64,000 bases of DNA from Candidatus Bathyarchaeota archaeon (GCA_963807605.1 CAWECG010000005.1:1-64000); one strand, 5' to 3'; positions 9,103 through 20,256 are shown, numbered from the stretch's first letter. A program made the numbers and translations. Notes: a model not told the origin generated them from the sequence alone.

Positions 9103-10104
9103 TCAGCGTGTGACAAGTCCCCAGATGCTACCGAGGCTCCCGAAAATCAACCTCGTATAAGCCAGTAAGACTATGCCGACAACTTCTTTTTTCCGAATAT
9201 TTGGTTTTTCTTTCCCATGCGTGTCGAGCTGCGATGCCAGTAGTGGGACTAAGACGGGTAACAACAGAACAAGAATGAAGACGGAGATTATGATCGGCTG
9301 CAGAGAAGAAAACAGCCTAGCGACTATTGCAGTGAGGACGAATAAGCCAACGAGAGTCGGGTCGTAAAAGGCCCTGATCCAAGCCTTCACGTTCATCTCT
9401 TTGTTCTTCACCAGCGCTCGTGACCTTCCGATTCCCCAGCGAAATCGTCTCTTAGCCTCTTCGACCAGGTTCTCCGGATATAGTGTGTGAACCTTCAATT
9501 CTTCATCAAAAATTACTCTTCCAGTGGTTTTCTTGGCATAGTCTTTCAAGCGTATATTCATATCGAAGTCCTCTCCCACTTTTATTTTCTCATCGAAGAA
9601 TCCTACAACTGACAAAACATCGGATTTGATGAACATATTTGCTCCAGGCAAAAGGGCAACTTCGAGCCCGGCACCCAAAAGGAGATTGTCAAGCAACTCC
9701 CCACATCTGTCCCAGTAATCTCCCCGAATCGATTTCAAGGGGCCGCCGACAGCTATCACATCTCCTCTGGAAGTGAAATGGGTCACGGCTCTCTCGATCC
9801 AGTTTTTGTCTACGTAGCTGTCTCCTGGAACTATCCCTATTATCGAGCCGGAGGCAACGCGCACTCCAGCATTTATGGCCCTAATCGTTCCTCCCCGCTG
9901 ATTCCTGCGAATATAACTGAGCAGTCCTCGTTTAGAGTATTCCTCCAGTATGCTCGTGGTGTTGTCAGTTGAGCAGTCATCAACACCTATTATCTCAATC
10001 CTTTCATAGGCACAAGCCAGTATGGACTCAATGCACTTCCTAATGTTTCTCTCTTCATTATAGCAGGGCACAATTATGCTGACAGACAACTCATCTGTCT
10101 TCAT
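9103..10104 (-). CDS. GT2 glycosyltransferase with C-terminal TM helices
   Basis: SIIVPCYNEE, VDDCSTD, GEDFD, RFRW. Confidence 0.9.
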   Translation of the reverse strand: MKTDELSVSIIVPCYNEERNIRKCIESILACAYERIEIIGVDDCSTDNTTSILEEYSKRGLLSYIRRNQRGGTIRAINAGVRVASGSIIGIVPGDSYVDKNWIERAVTHFTSRGDVIAVGGPLKSIRGDYWDRCGELLDNLLLGAGLEVALLPGANMFIKSDVLSVVGFFDEKIKVGEDFDMNIRLKDYAKKTTGRVIFDEELKVHTLYPENLVEEAKRRFRWGIGRSRALVKNKEMNVKAWIRAFYDPTLVGLFVLTAIVARLFSSLQPIIISVFILVLLLPVLVPLLASQLDTHGKEKPNIRKKEVVGIVLLAYTRLIFGSLGSIWGLVTR

Positions 10105-11252
10105 GCTGTCCTCCTCATGACGGATGAAACCACTTCCACATTCTTTTTCAGGAGCTTTTCAAGATCGAAATTTTCAGAAGCTTTTTTGTAAGCCCGATTC
10201 ACAAGCCTACGTGCAAGGACTTGATCCGACAGAACAAGTTCTATGGCTAAGCTCAGTTCCCCCAGGCGGAATGGTTTAACCAACAGGCCATCTTCTCCGG
10301 ACAGGATGAGGTCATTTATTCCTACAACGTCTGTAGCAACTATTACCAGTCTGCAGAACATCGCCTCGATTAGGACTCTCGGGTTTCCCTCCATGAGGGA
10401 TGGCAGAACCAGGACATCAGCGATCTGCATAAACCGGTAGACTTGCTCATGGGGAACATCTCCTACGAAAAGAACTTCGTTTTCCAAATTCATTTCGCTA
10501 ACAAGCTTTTTTAGGTTATTCCTTTCTTCTCCCGTTCCAACAATCAAAAGCGAAGCATCTAGTCCTTTCTTAAGCAGTATATCGACAGTTTGTATTAGAT
10601 CACCAATTCGCTTGATGCGATGAAGTCTCCCTACGAACAATAAGATCTTCCTATTCGTCAAACCAAAGGTCTCCCTTCGCTTTTCTTTCTCATCAATTGA
10701 AACTACTGGGACAGATTTCATGTCAACACCATTCGTGATACAAGAAACATTCTTGGCCCCCCTTCTCTTCGCTATCTCACACAACCTTCGCGATAGCCCC
10801 ACAACGACATCAGCTGAGTAAAATGTGAAGTTTTCAATAATCCTGAAGAAGTAGCTGAGACTTCTTCGACCAGTCACTAGCAATTGGTTCGACCAGTCGT
10901 ACTCGTAGGATACGACGAGGGGAACTCTGTAGATCCTAGAGAGTAACGCTGCGTGTGGGCAACCGACACCGTAGGCTCTTATCGCCGATGTAACACGAGC
11001 GTGCTTACGCAGAGTCAAGAAAGCTCTGAGATAATAGATTAGCCAGTTTAATGGTCTTGAAATACGCACCCCGCAAGGGAAATGAAGAACATCAAAGAAG
11101 CGATTCGAGTAGTTTATGGTGTCTTGAGTAACCAACCAAACCTTATCTATTTCTGAGTAACTCTCGACCTCCCTCTTCAATTCGTCGAAATTACCTCTCT
11201 TTAAGGCCAATTCTACAGAACTGTCGGTTGAGTAAGTGACTATTATTGCCAT
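10101..11252 (-). CDS. GT4 glycosyltransferase
   Basis: NGVD, LFVGRL, PSLMEGNPRVLIEAM. Confidence 0.9.
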   Translation of the reverse strand: MAIIVTYSTDSSVELALKRGNFDELKREVESYSEIDKVWLVTQDTINYSNRFFDVLHFPCGVRISRPLNWLIYYLRAFLTLRKHARVTSAIRAYGVGCPHAALLSRIYRVPLVVSYEYDWSNQLLVTGRRSLSYFFRIIENFTFYSADVVVGLSRRLCEIAKRRGAKNVSCITNGVDMKSVPVVSIDEKEKRRETFGLTNRKILLFVGRLHRIKRIGDLIQTVDILLKKGLDASLLIVGTGEERNNLKKLVSEMNLENEVLFVGDVPHEQVYRFMQIADVLVLPSLMEGNPRVLIEAMFCRLVIVATDVVGINDLILSGEDGLLVKPFRLGELSLAIELVLSDQVLARRLVNRAYKKASENFDLEKLLKKNVEVVSSVMRRTA

Positions 11253-11294
11253 ATCATATCACGTCTGCAATGCGTTAATCGATAGAGTAACAAA

Positions 11295-12518
11295 TCATGA
11301 AGATCTGGCAGTGCCAACCAGAAAAGTGTGTTCAACCAAAAATAGGTACTCGTTGAGGATCTTTTCAGCGATGACAGGCCATGAGTAATGCTCTCTCACA
11401 GTCCGGTAGGCGTTCTCTGAAAGTTCAGCACGTAGGCTTTTGTCGCCCAGAAGTCGAAATAGTCTGTCAGATAATTCTTGAGAGTCTCCGGGCGTCACTA
11501 ACAAACCGTTGACGCCGTCCTTGACTATCATCGGGACGCCGCCCACCTTCGTAGCTATTACCGGCTTCCTTGCGGCCATTGCCTCGAGCAATGCCACTGG
11601 AAATCCTTCATACAAGGAAGGGAGAACAAATATGTCGGAGATACGCAACAGTCTCTCCACGTCTCTGCGAGTACCAAGCAGGACTACACGATTTCTCAGA
11701 CCCTTTTGTAAAACCAGGTTCGTGATGAAAGATCTCTCAGGACCATCACCCACTATCAAGAGAAGCACGTTTTCCCTCTTAACTAGTTGAACGCAAGCTT
11801 GAATGAGAACGCCAAGACCCTTCGACTTTGTCAGCCTTCCAACAAAAGTGATTATCTTCGACTCCGGCTGAATCTGGCAATTGATCTCTGATAGTGGGAC
11901 AGGTTTTGCAGCTTCAAACCTCTCAACATCAACTCCATTGCCTAACAAATCGATTTTCCCGTTAACAAGGCCATACCGCGTATGAACATATCGAATATCA
12001 TCGGGAGTAAAAAGAAAAATGCCATCTGCATTTTCTAGTGATATTTCCTCCAGGAATCTCAGAATGACTTTCACTATTGACGGCCACTCCGGCTGCCGGG
12101 ACCCAAAGGCTGGCGCACTTACCAGTAACGGTCTGTTAAGAAGACGCTTCACCAATACCCCGAAAAATCCTGATGTGAAGTCATTTGCGTGCACTAAATG
12201 AATCTCATACTTGCTTACTAAGTACAAGGCTACAAAGAAGGAAAACATATTGAAAGTAAATGTCCGAAAGAGCCTCACGGGAACGTACGGGACTCGATAT
12301 ACGTGCAGAGAACTCTGGTGCTCAGTTGCTTTCTGCCCCACTCCTCTCCTCGTTATTAGGAAAAGTTCCACATTCTTTCTTTGAAGATTCTTCACCACCG
12401 CTTGTACATGCACTTCTATTCCCCCACAGCCCTCCAGCTTGAACAACGCAGGATATTCCTTCGATCCCAAGATCAATGCTCTCATGCACAATTGCTCCAG
12501 AGTTGGTGACCGCCTCAA
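11295..12518 (-). CDS. GT4 glycosyltransferase (true start probably 12486)
   Basis: GGIEVHV, NGVD, FVGRL, PSLYEGFPVALLEAMA. Confidence 0.92.
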   Translation of the reverse strand: MRRSPTLEQLCMRALILGSKEYPALFKLEGCGGIEVHVQAVVKNLQRKNVELFLITRRGVGQKATEHQSSLHVYRVPYVPVRLFRTFTFNMFSFFVALYLVSKYEIHLVHANDFTSGFFGVLVKRLLNRPLLVSAPAFGSRQPEWPSIVKVILRFLEEISLENADGIFLFTPDDIRYVHTRYGLVNGKIDLLGNGVDVERFEAAKPVPLSEINCQIQPESKIITFVGRLTKSKGLGVLIQACVQLVKRENVLLLIVGDGPERSFITNLVLQKGLRNRVVLLGTRRDVERLLRISDIFVLPSLYEGFPVALLEAMAARKPVIATKVGGVPMIVKDGVNGLLVTPGDSQELSDRLFRLLGDKSLRAELSENAYRTVREHYSWPVIAEKILNEYLFLVEHTFLVGTARSS

Positions 12519-12564
12519 TGGGTCTTTTCAGAGTGATCATACCGCGTTAGAATCCAGAGGGGAA

Positions 12565-13542
12565 TCAAGGATAGAAGATGCTAAGATAGGTAACGAGAAC
12601 TGCTATACCTCCGAAGATTGCTTCGATGGCGATTAGTATGGTAACAAGTCTTGACTCTCTGAAGCTCCCGAGTTTCATAATTACGTGAGTCAAGGATTCG
12701 GTTGGAGATCTTGGAGGTGAGAGTGTGCCGTCCCTATTTACTTGCCCGAAGCACTGGCCTCTAAACAGGTTTCTTAGCTTAATGAAGAACTCCAAAATAT
12801 ATGGAGCAAGGCAGATGATCCCCGCAACTTGCATCTCTCCAACAATGACACCAGCAGCTATAATTGCTCCAATCGCATATGTTCCGGAGTTGCCGGGAAA
12901 TATTTTTGCCGGACACCAATTAAAGACCAAAAACGCAAGTAATGTTCCAATCATAGGTGTGAGAATAACCATACCCTTCAGGTTACCGATGAGAAAGGCA
13001 CAGAGGGAGAGCGACGCAATCGCTACGAGGCCCATTCCAACTTCCAAACCATTGAAGCCTGCGAGCAAGTTAGTGAGATTAGCGGCCCCGACCACGCCGA
13101 TCGGAACAAGCAATAGCGGATAGAAAATGCCAACCTTGACAAGACCTATGAGGGGAAGCGTCATTACCCTGTCTTCGCTAACCACAAGTATCAGGGGCAA
13201 TGAAGCAATTATTGGCAGTATCACCTTGATACTGTGTTGCAGCTGCAGAATATCGTCAATCATCCCTACCATTGAGATCATGAGGATAGTTGACAAGATG
13301 CCGGTCAATTCTTTGAAGAAATCGGGAAACGCAGCCAAGGACCATAGAATACCAGCCAAATAGCCAGCTACTAAGACCAGGCCGCCCATAGTCGGGACCG
13401 AAGGTTTCTCTGGCTTATGCACGTCAACGCCTGTCACCCCTCTTTCTTTTAGTCTTCGAGCGGCTCTAGGGGTTGTGAAGTAGACGACTATGAACCCAAT
13501 AATCACGGAGATTAAGATATTAAGATACGGCCCTGGAAGCAA
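12565..13542 (-). CDS. aglH: UDP-GlcNAc:polyprenyl/dolichyl-phosphate GlcNAc-1-phosphate transferase (AglH/GPT type)
   Basis: GVDVHKP, PTMGG, GMIDD, ANLTNLLAGFNGLEVG and FNWCPAKIFPGNSG give the archaeal/eukaryal GPT signature rather than MraY/WecA. Confidence 0.8.
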   Translation of the reverse strand: MLPGPYLNILISVIIGFIVVYFTTPRAARRLKERGVTGVDVHKPEKPSVPTMGGLVLVAGYLAGILWSLAAFPDFFKELTGILSTILMISMVGMIDDILQLQHSIKVILPIIASLPLILVVSEDRVMTLPLIGLVKVGIFYPLLLVPIGVVGAANLTNLLAGFNGLEVGMGLVAIASLSLCAFLIGNLKGMVILTPMIGTLLAFLVFNWCPAKIFPGNSGTYAIGAIIAAGVIVGEMQVAGIICLAPYILEFFIKLRNLFRGQCFGQVNRDGTLSPPRSPTESLTHVIMKLGSFRESRLVTILIAIEAIFGGIAVLVTYLSIFYP

Positions 13543-13745
13543 TCATTTCTCCTCTTATCAATTGAGGCCTATCACGTAAGCTTAGGGATGGCCCACAACA
13601 TATTATCCCTTTCCATCGCTAGTAGACAATGGTTTTAAACACAACCCACTTAAGTATCGACCTAAGGCAGGCATGAGTCTTGCTGATGGATATTTCTTCT
13701 TATCGCGCGAAAGATTGGATCACAGATCCGGCTTAGGACCGGAGG

Positions 13746-15110
13746 TTGCAATACGAACGACTCAAATCGTGTAATAGCATGAGAACGCTGTTTACTCGAG
13801 CCCTGTCGTTCATTGACGAGCATCCGAAGCTCTCACTGGTATTCCTGTGCGTTATGATTGCAAAAGTCGTACTCGCCATTTTTACACCCCTTAGTGAAGA
13901 TTTCTTGAACAGTGCTTTGTTCATTGGTCCTCTGGACCTGTGGGCGCTTGTTAAGGCCGACGGCGCATATTTCCTTTGGATGTTGATGGAAAAAGGAATC
14001 TACACAGTTTGGCAGCTGCTTCCACTCGACCATCCTCCAATGCAATCGATTGCGGGTTTTTGGTACTTCATTCCCTCCCTGAGCTCTCAAGTGCTAATTT
14101 TACTCTTGAAGTTGCCTCTGATCATATTTGACGGTTTATGCGCCTTCGCGATTTACAAGATCGCCTTTTGGTACACTGGTTCGTCTAACAGGTCATTAAC
14201 CGCATCAGCCTTGTGGCTTCTCAATCCCTACGTGACAATAACATCGGAGATGTTCGGAAACTATGATGTGATAGTTGTATTCTTCTTCCTGATGAGCATT
14301 TTCTACTTCCTCAAGGGTCGGTACATTCTAACGGGTGCAACATTGATGGTCAGCACATTTCTCAAACCCTATCCAATCCTTTTGCTTCCAATCTTTATCA
14401 TAGTACTCGGAAAACAGAAGGAGGTAAAGGGCGCGCTAAAGTTTGGAGCAACAGTAATACTATTTGCAGTCGGAATTCTGATCCCCCTGCTTAGCAGAAC
14501 ATCAGCACTCAAGCCTTTAGCAGGACTTCTTGACTACTACTTCGAGAAGGGATCCACCTTCTTCATTGGATTCTTTCTTGAAACCTATGCTACGAAAACC
14601 AGCTATATTCACGTACAAATCGGATTGACTATAGTCCTCTGTGTGCTTTACATCTTCGTTATGTCCGAATTCTGGCAAACTGGGAAGAAGTCCATATTAG
14701 ATGCCATCCTGGGCTTCTGCCTAATAATTTTTGGCCTTTCATTTTGGCATCCGCAATTGCTATTATGGATTCTGCCAATCATAACATTAGACTATCTACT
14801 TAACAGAACGCCCAGGCCCTACCCCATACTATTCACATTAACTGCATTTTTATTCGAATTAATATACTTCAGCTACTATTTCGCATCCCATGGCCACAGT
14901 TTCTTTTTCATACCCGACTACAATACTCGACTGTTCGAACTGTCGCAGTTGATTCTAGGCCTTTACAAAGCCCCATTATGGATTGGACCCATCGCAATAA
15001 TGGCAAGATCCATCTTCATGAGTATCTGCATATTCTATGTAATTAGGATACTCCTCAGAAACACTCACATTACGGTCACTAACTATTCTCAGAATCACGA
15101 CTCTAGCTAA
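13746..15110 (+). CDS. GT-C membrane glycosyltransferase (GT87/PIG-M-like)
   Basis: Multi-TM protein with LKLPLIIFD, WLLNP, GNYD, KPYP and HPQLLLWILP. Confidence 0.75.
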   Translation: MQYERLKSCNSMRTLFTRALSFIDEHPKLSLVFLCVMIAKVVLAIFTPLSEDFLNSALFIGPLDLWALVKADGAYFLWMLMEKGIYTVWQLLPLDHPPMQSIAGFWYFIPSLSSQVLILLLKLPLIIFDGLCAFAIYKIAFWYTGSSNRSLTASALWLLNPYVTITSEMFGNYDVIVVFFFLMSIFYFLKGRYILTGATLMVSTFLKPYPILLLPIFIIVLGKQKEVKGALKFGATVILFAVGILIPLLSRTSALKPLAGLLDYYFEKGSTFFIGFFLETYATKTSYIHVQIGLTIVLCVLYIFVMSEFWQTGKKSILDAILGFCLIIFGLSFWHPQLLLWILPIITLDYLLNRTPRPYPILFTLTAFLFELIYFSYYFASHGHSFFFIPDYNTRLFELSQLILGLYKAPLWIGPIAIMARSIFMSICIFYVIRILLRNTHITVTNYSQNHDSS

Positions 15111-15164
15111 CTGACTCAGTAAATATAGCATCTTAGAGAAGCGAATTGCAGATAGGGAACTGAA

Positions 15165-15878
15165 ATGAGCCAAATCAAGATTCAACTGAGAACGTACTAC
15201 GACGAAATTCAAGACTACTCCAAAGGATATTCATCGAAAGCAGGACTTTACTTCAAGAAAAGAAAGATTGTGACCTTCCTTAGGCTCGCAACCTCGCCAT
15301 CAAGTCCTATGTTGGAAGTCGGGTGCGCTGATGGGTCGTATACTATGGAATTCGCTAATATGGGGTTCGCTGTAACAGGCTTGGATCTTTCACGAAGACA
15401 ATTGGAGAAGCTGAAAACTCTATGTAAGGAGGCTAATCTTAACAATATTAGCGTCGTATTGGCTGACGCTGAATACTTACCCTTCAAATCAGGCTCATTC
15501 AATATGGTCGCTTCACTCTCAACTGTCAGGTATATTCCGAACCCACAAAGGGCTATCAATGAATTTTCAAGAACAGCAGCCACAGGAGGATCGGTGGTGG
15601 TTGATTTTCCTAACAAGTACTCTCCCTATTTTCTGTTTCTCAAACGTTTACTAGTCGCACCCCATCCCCATGACAGACACTTTTCAGTCAATGAAGTAAG
15701 GCGCCTATTTGAGACTGCTAAACTCTCCTCGGTATGCTGTAAAATAATCCTTATCACTTCTAAAAGTCTCCCAGACGCTTGCCTTCCAATAATAGTATTC
15801 CTTGAAAAGATCATCGAAATGACTCCAATTCTAAACGGACTCGCGTCGATAATCGTATGTTCGGGCAGGAAGGCTTAG
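15165..15878 (+). CDS. Class I SAM-dependent methyltransferase
   Basis: LEVGCADG, GLDLS, ADAEYLPFKSGSF. Confidence 0.9.
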   Translation: MSQIKIQLRTYYDEIQDYSKGYSSKAGLYFKKRKIVTFLRLATSPSSPMLEVGCADGSYTMEFANMGFAVTGLDLSRRQLEKLKTLCKEANLNNISVVLADAEYLPFKSGSFNMVASLSTVRYIPNPQRAINEFSRTAATGGSVVVDFPNKYSPYFLFLKRLLVAPHPHDRHFSVNEVRRLFETAKLSSVCCKIILITSKSLPDACLPIIVFLEKIIEMTPILNGLASIIVCSGRKA

Positions 15879-15882
15879 CAAA

Positions 15883-16668
15883 TTGACTGCGAAGATTAGC
15901 ATTACTTTTGATGTAGAAAGCCCTGACTTAGATTCTCTCGTTATCAGAGACCTGTTGAGCCTTCTCAACAGATATCGTGCAAAAAGTACGTTCTTCGTTC
16001 TCGGCAGTTCGATTAAGCAAGATACGGGTGTAGTAAATAAGATTCTTGATGACGGTCACGAAGTAGGCTGCCACGGTTACATTCACGATCCCCCCTACAA
16101 CAGGAGAAGCTTAAGCTCGGTTCAAAATGACGTACGAGGGGCAACACGAATTCTCCAACAATTTTGCGAAGTTTCAGCATTCAGGTGCCCCTATTTCCTC
16201 CCTCACACGGGTCTAGCAATAGTTCTGGAGGATTTGAATTACTCTATTGATTCATCCGTTCCTGCTCAACGATTCGATTTCTTTGTGGGAAGAAGTAATA
16301 GATTCGAAGCCATGTTCGCTTCAAGAAGACCATATCATCCTTCGTACGCGAACATATACCGCGAAAATGAGGACAATTTGGACCTTATTGAGATACCGTT
16401 ATCGTGCTTCTTGTTGCCGCTAGCGGGCGTTACCTTGAGGAACTTTGATCTGAAAGCTTTCATGCGTATTCTAGGCATTTGTCGCCTATTCTCCAACAGC
16501 ATTGTTATGGACTTTCATCTCTGGGAGTTCAAAATCCAAGCCCCAGCAGCAATGCCATACCGTCACAGAAAGAGAATCGGCAAGGAAATGCTATCTCTAT
16601 TTCAGAATTTACTGCAAATCCTAAGTCGCAACGGTTATCCAATGGTCCCCATTTCCCAAATAAGTTGA
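15883..16668 (+). CDS. Polysaccharide deacetylase (CE4/NodB family)
   Basis: ITFDVE, TFFVLG, GHEVGCHGYIH, FRCP, FHLWE. Confidence 0.88.
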   Translation: MTAKISITFDVESPDLDSLVIRDLLSLLNRYRAKSTFFVLGSSIKQDTGVVNKILDDGHEVGCHGYIHDPPYNRRSLSSVQNDVRGATRILQQFCEVSAFRCPYFLPHTGLAIVLEDLNYSIDSSVPAQRFDFFVGRSNRFEAMFASRRPYHPSYANIYRENEDNLDLIEIPLSCFLLPLAGVTLRNFDLKAFMRILGICRLFSNSIVMDFHLWEFKIQAPAAMPYRHRKRIGKEMLSLFQNLLQILSRNGYPMVPISQIS

Positions 16669-16712
16669 GTACAGCCGTCGACAGATTTCAACACGATCAG
16701 TTGAGATACTTA

Positions 16713-17405
16713 TCATCTATGCTCCACATTGCTTTTCACCCACGCAAAGGAGGCAGATCCTCCCACGGACCTCTCAGAGTCTGCATGCCCCAGAATGAGA
16801 TACGTGAACGTCTGAACGTTAGGGATAGAAGCGACAAACCGCCCATCCCAGTAAACTTCTCTTCCTGAATAGCCAAAATGAATCTTGAAGGAATGCCAAT
16901 TGCTATCAATACTATTTTGAAGCGAATATCCAGTGCCTCCCACCTCGTCATAGTATATGAGCTGCGAGTTGACAACGCCAGCCCAACCGCCATCAATCCT
17001 CGCCAGCTTCAGTGACGCTTTCTTATCTGACAGATTATTGAGCCTTACCGAGAATTCAATAGAGCCCATCCAAGCTCCGGAGTTCACTCCTGAAGGCCAA
17101 AAGGTTACGTAGGAATGTCTTAAGAAACTGACTCCACCTGGGGGGGCGTTCAAAGTAATCTCTGAATTTTGGATGGAATAGGTACCTTTGGGAGCGTCTG
17201 TGTTTGGATATTCTCCGACAAATCGCCATAGATTTAAATTTAGTATGGGATCCGAAAAATTCTCAGTGAAGGTGTTAGGGTCGTAGGAGGGAAGCCAACG
17301 ACTCACGTTGAGTGAAAGAGTGATTGTTACTATGCCTATCAAAAAAACAATGATAAATAGGCACTGACTCCATTTCAAGGGCATTCCGGTCTTGCCACCT
17401 TTCAC
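16713..17405 (-). CDS. Membrane-anchored hypothetical protein, possible ConA/LamG-like fold
   Basis: N-terminal TM segment; WHSFKI...VYWDG beta-sandwich pattern. Confidence 0.55.
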   Translation of the reverse strand: MKGGKTGMPLKWSQCLFIIVFLIGIVTITLSLNVSRWLPSYDPNTFTENFSDPILNLNLWRFVGEYPNTDAPKGTYSIQNSEITLNAPPGGVSFLRHSYVTFWPSGVNSGAWMGSIEFSVRLNNLSDKKASLKLARIDGGWAGVVNSQLIYYDEVGGTGYSLQNSIDSNWHSFKIHFGYSGREVYWDGRFVASIPNVQTFTYLILGHADSERSVGGSASFAWVKSNVEHR

Positions 17406-17419
17406 TAGTAGAACTTGCC

Positions 17420-17908
17420 TTATCTTTGAACTCGTGCGATGTCGATGGTGAGATCCATCTCCCTAGCATATGGCCAAGTTAACAGAAATATAAGCCCTAT
17501 TATCAGCAGCTCCACAGAGTATGTTACGACAGTGAAAAGACTCGAGTAGTCCTTTAGGATCATATGTCCCCCTTCAACGGGAATGAATTCACCGAGTACA
17601 ACTAAGGCTGAAATGAGAAATAGTATGGCTGAGGCAAAGAGGAAGAGAACAGGCGGATTCTTGTCAAAGATCCGAACTCGTTTAATCGGGAGAAGCGCGT
17701 TGACGTGGGGTTCCACAAGGAGGAAGAAAACCAGAAAAGATAGGACAGCGATTACGCCAAGTAGGGGATCGCCGTTTCTGGCGAGCTGCACATATAGAAA
17801 GAAGCTTGATGAGACAATCGCGATCATTGATAGAGTCGTAGTCTTTGGATGCCTACATTTCTCAATGCACGATTTCCTGAGATAAACTCCCTTAATTCTC
17901 TGCAGCAT
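17420..17908 (-). CDS. Hypothetical membrane protein (about 4 TM)
   Basis: Four hydrophobic segments; lies directly upstream of and co-oriented with 16713-17405. Confidence 0.55.
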   Translation of the reverse strand: MLQRIKGVYLRKSCIEKCRHPKTTTLSMIAIVSSSFFLYVQLARNGDPLLGVIAVLSFLVFFLLVEPHVNALLPIKRVRIFDKNPPVLFLFASAILFLISALVVLGEFIPVEGGHMILKDYSSLFTVVTYSVELLIIGLIFLLTWPYAREMDLTIDIARVQR

Positions 17909-17993
17909 CTACTCTCTCTCTCTACACTCATCGATACCAAAGGAAACTGCACAATTCTCTGTTTGAACAAATTAAAGTTTTACACAGATCCGT

Positions 17994-19157
17994 GTGCAGC
18001 TCTTCATCATCCTTATTAGCGGTTTAGAACCAGTTGAACTGCGCATTAAGATTTTTCATGTCGCGGGGCTAAGACTTTTGAGAGCCAGCATGGCAAAGGA
18101 ATCCCCCTTCGTGACTGTCATAGTGCTTAACCACAACGGAAAAGACACCATTGAGAAATGCCTCGCCTCAGTCCTATCACAGGACTATCTTGATTACGAG
18201 GTCGTAATCGTCGATAATGCTTCAAGTGATCGGAGTCTCTCCGTGCTAGAGAAATATGCAACTCGAATCAACAAAATCCTCGAAAACTCCGAAAACCTCG
18301 GTTACGCCGCTGGAATGAACTTAGGGGCGGCAAGTGCATCAGACAAATCACGATTTCTAGCCTTCATCACCCAAGATGTCGTTTTGCCGCCTCACTGGAT
18401 CCGCAAGATGGTTCAACATGCAATCGCCAATATGGAACTGGCAGCAGTCAGCCCAAGAATCTACGATGAGTCGAAACGAGCATACATCTCTGAACTCAAA
18501 ATACTCTATCCATCAGCACATTACTATATCCCGCTGGACACCGAAAATCCCTCTCCTAAGGTAGACTTCCCAGCGGGCGAGGCGTTCCTCATGAACAAGT
18601 CTCATTTTCATAAACTTGGAATGTTCGATGCTGATTACTTTGCCTACTATGAGGATGGAGATCTCGGTTGGCGGACTAGACTAGCAGGTCTAAAGATATT
18701 ACTTGCTCCTAATGTGGAAGTGAAGCATTATAGATCTTCTGTTTTTGGACAGCACCCGCTCCGGTATCGCGTTTACCTACACGAGAAGAATAGAATATCA
18801 TCGTGTATCAAGAATCTAGGCTCAAGATCCTTACTGGCATTTCTTCTGTGCGAAGCCTTCATGCTCCTTTTTCACTTCAGCAGAACTGTGACACAGAAGG
18901 ATTCAGATGACACAGGGAAGGCATACGCTCAAGCTCTATTTTACGTCATGCGTCAGCTTCCGCGGACTCTGAAAAAGAGAAGAACCGTGCAAAAAATGCG
19001 TAGGCTTAGTGACGGAATCCTATTTCGCGACAGCTTACCTAAGGATGCGATGAGACGCCCCGGCTTAGTCTTAGCTTACTCTTCCAAGCATAAGAGGAAA
19101 GAATACTATTATCTCGTACTCCTAAGCATCGTTGCTAAAATCATACCGCCCATGTAG
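17994..19157 (+). CDS. GT2 glycosyltransferase (WbbL/GT_2_like_c type; start probably 18090)
   Basis: VIVLNHNG, VDNASSD, NLGYAAGMN, FAYYEDGDLGWR. Confidence 0.9.
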   Translation: MQLFIILISGLEPVELRIKIFHVAGLRLLRASMAKESPFVTVIVLNHNGKDTIEKCLASVLSQDYLDYEVVIVDNASSDRSLSVLEKYATRINKILENSENLGYAAGMNLGAASASDKSRFLAFITQDVVLPPHWIRKMVQHAIANMELAAVSPRIYDESKRAYISELKILYPSAHYYIPLDTENPSPKVDFPAGEAFLMNKSHFHKLGMFDADYFAYYEDGDLGWRTRLAGLKILLAPNVEVKHYRSSVFGQHPLRYRVYLHEKNRISSCIKNLGSRSLLAFLLCEAFMLLFHFSRTVTQKDSDDTGKAYAQALFYVMRQLPRTLKKRRTVQKMRRLSDGILFRDSLPKDAMRRPGLVLAYSSKHKRKEYYYLVLLSIVAKIIPPM

Positions 19158-20187
19158 CCGAGCACTGACTGTTTGTGCCTTTGAACAAGCCTCGCAGGAA
19201 CCCTGTCCCGTATGCTGTATGGACCAACCAAAAAGTCAGCATCAAAGGAAAAAAATATGCAAACTTCACTTTTTCTGCAAGAATCATCTGAACTGAGGCA
19301 ATTGCGTCAAGCGCAAGATACATCAAGACTGCGGAACCATAGACCAGACCGACATATGAGTTGGCAAAGGATAAGGTGAAGCCTAAAACGAGCCCAATAA
19401 CAAAGATTGGCGGAATCATGTAAACGGCTTTGAAAGACGAAGCAGACCTTCTTATCATCAGCGCTCTTCCTTTTCCATACGAGTAAATCTGCCTTACAAA
19501 CGGAAGGAATACATGGCGACGCTTGTGCCAAACGTACAACGATGAGACATAGACCAGCTTAAACCCGCTCTGCTTCATTCGGTGCAAGAGCTCGTTTTCT
19601 TCACATGGGATCTGCCCTGGGTCGAATAAGCCCACCGCCTCCAAGGCCGTCTTACGTAGGAAAAGGTTGCACGAAATCAATTTGGACTCATCAACCTCTC
19701 TAAATTGGGCCTCGTCATTGACTATTGAATAACGACGCACGCTGGGGCCAGTTCCAAACCACGAACTCAGTGCCATGCCTGCACATCTCTCTCGAGAGGT
19801 TGAGTCTTCTGGTGTTAGGTTTGGCCCTCCGACAGCCCCCACCGAAGCATTACTAAAGTGATTGCAGCCTTTTTCTACCCATCCTTCCGGAACTACACAA
19901 TCATCATCTGTTAAAGCGATGACATCACCAGTTGCACAAGTGACCCCTAAATTCCGCGCCTCAGATTTGTTTTTTCCCGGCGCATGAATCAGTCTAACGG
20001 GGTACTTCGAAACCTTCTCTCTAGTCGCATCATTTGAGTCGTCTACAATTATAATCTCATGGACGCTCTGGTTTTTCAGCAAAGACGTTAAACAAGCGTC
20101 AATCGTTCGTTCCGAGTTTCTTGTTGGAACTACTACCGAAACCTTCGGATTCAACTGAACCACAACCTGATGAGTGCTTTTTTCCAA
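19141..20187 (-). CDS. GT2 glycosyltransferase with C-terminal TM helices
   Basis: SVVVPTRN, ARNLG, TDDD, AVGGP, HKRR, YGKGR. Confidence 0.9.
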   Translation of the reverse strand: MEKSTHQVVVQLNPKVSVVVPTRNSERTIDACLTSLLKNQSVHEIIIVDDSNDATREKVSKYPVRLIHAPGKNKSEARNLGVTCATGDVIALTDDDCVVPEGWVEKGCNHFSNASVGAVGGPNLTPEDSTSRERCAGMALSSWFGTGPSVRRYSIVNDEAQFREVDESKLISCNLFLRKTALEAVGLFDPGQIPCEENELLHRMKQSGFKLVYVSSLYVWHKRRHVFLPFVRQIYSYGKGRALMIRRSASSFKAVYMIPPIFVIGLVLGFTLSFANSYVGLVYGSAVLMYLALDAIASVQMILAEKVKFAYFFPLMLTFWLVHTAYGTGFLRGLFKGTNSQCSATWAV

Positions 20188-20256
20188 GATACTTGGATTC
20201 TTTTCTTAGATTTCATTTCTCTCCATTGCGTAATACGGTCCAATGGCTTAGCAAAT

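Noticed and set aside
12885-12905. AglH FPGN instead of FxGD as a sign of inactivation
   Set aside because: All other motifs are intact and I cannot exclude natural variation among archaeal homologs.
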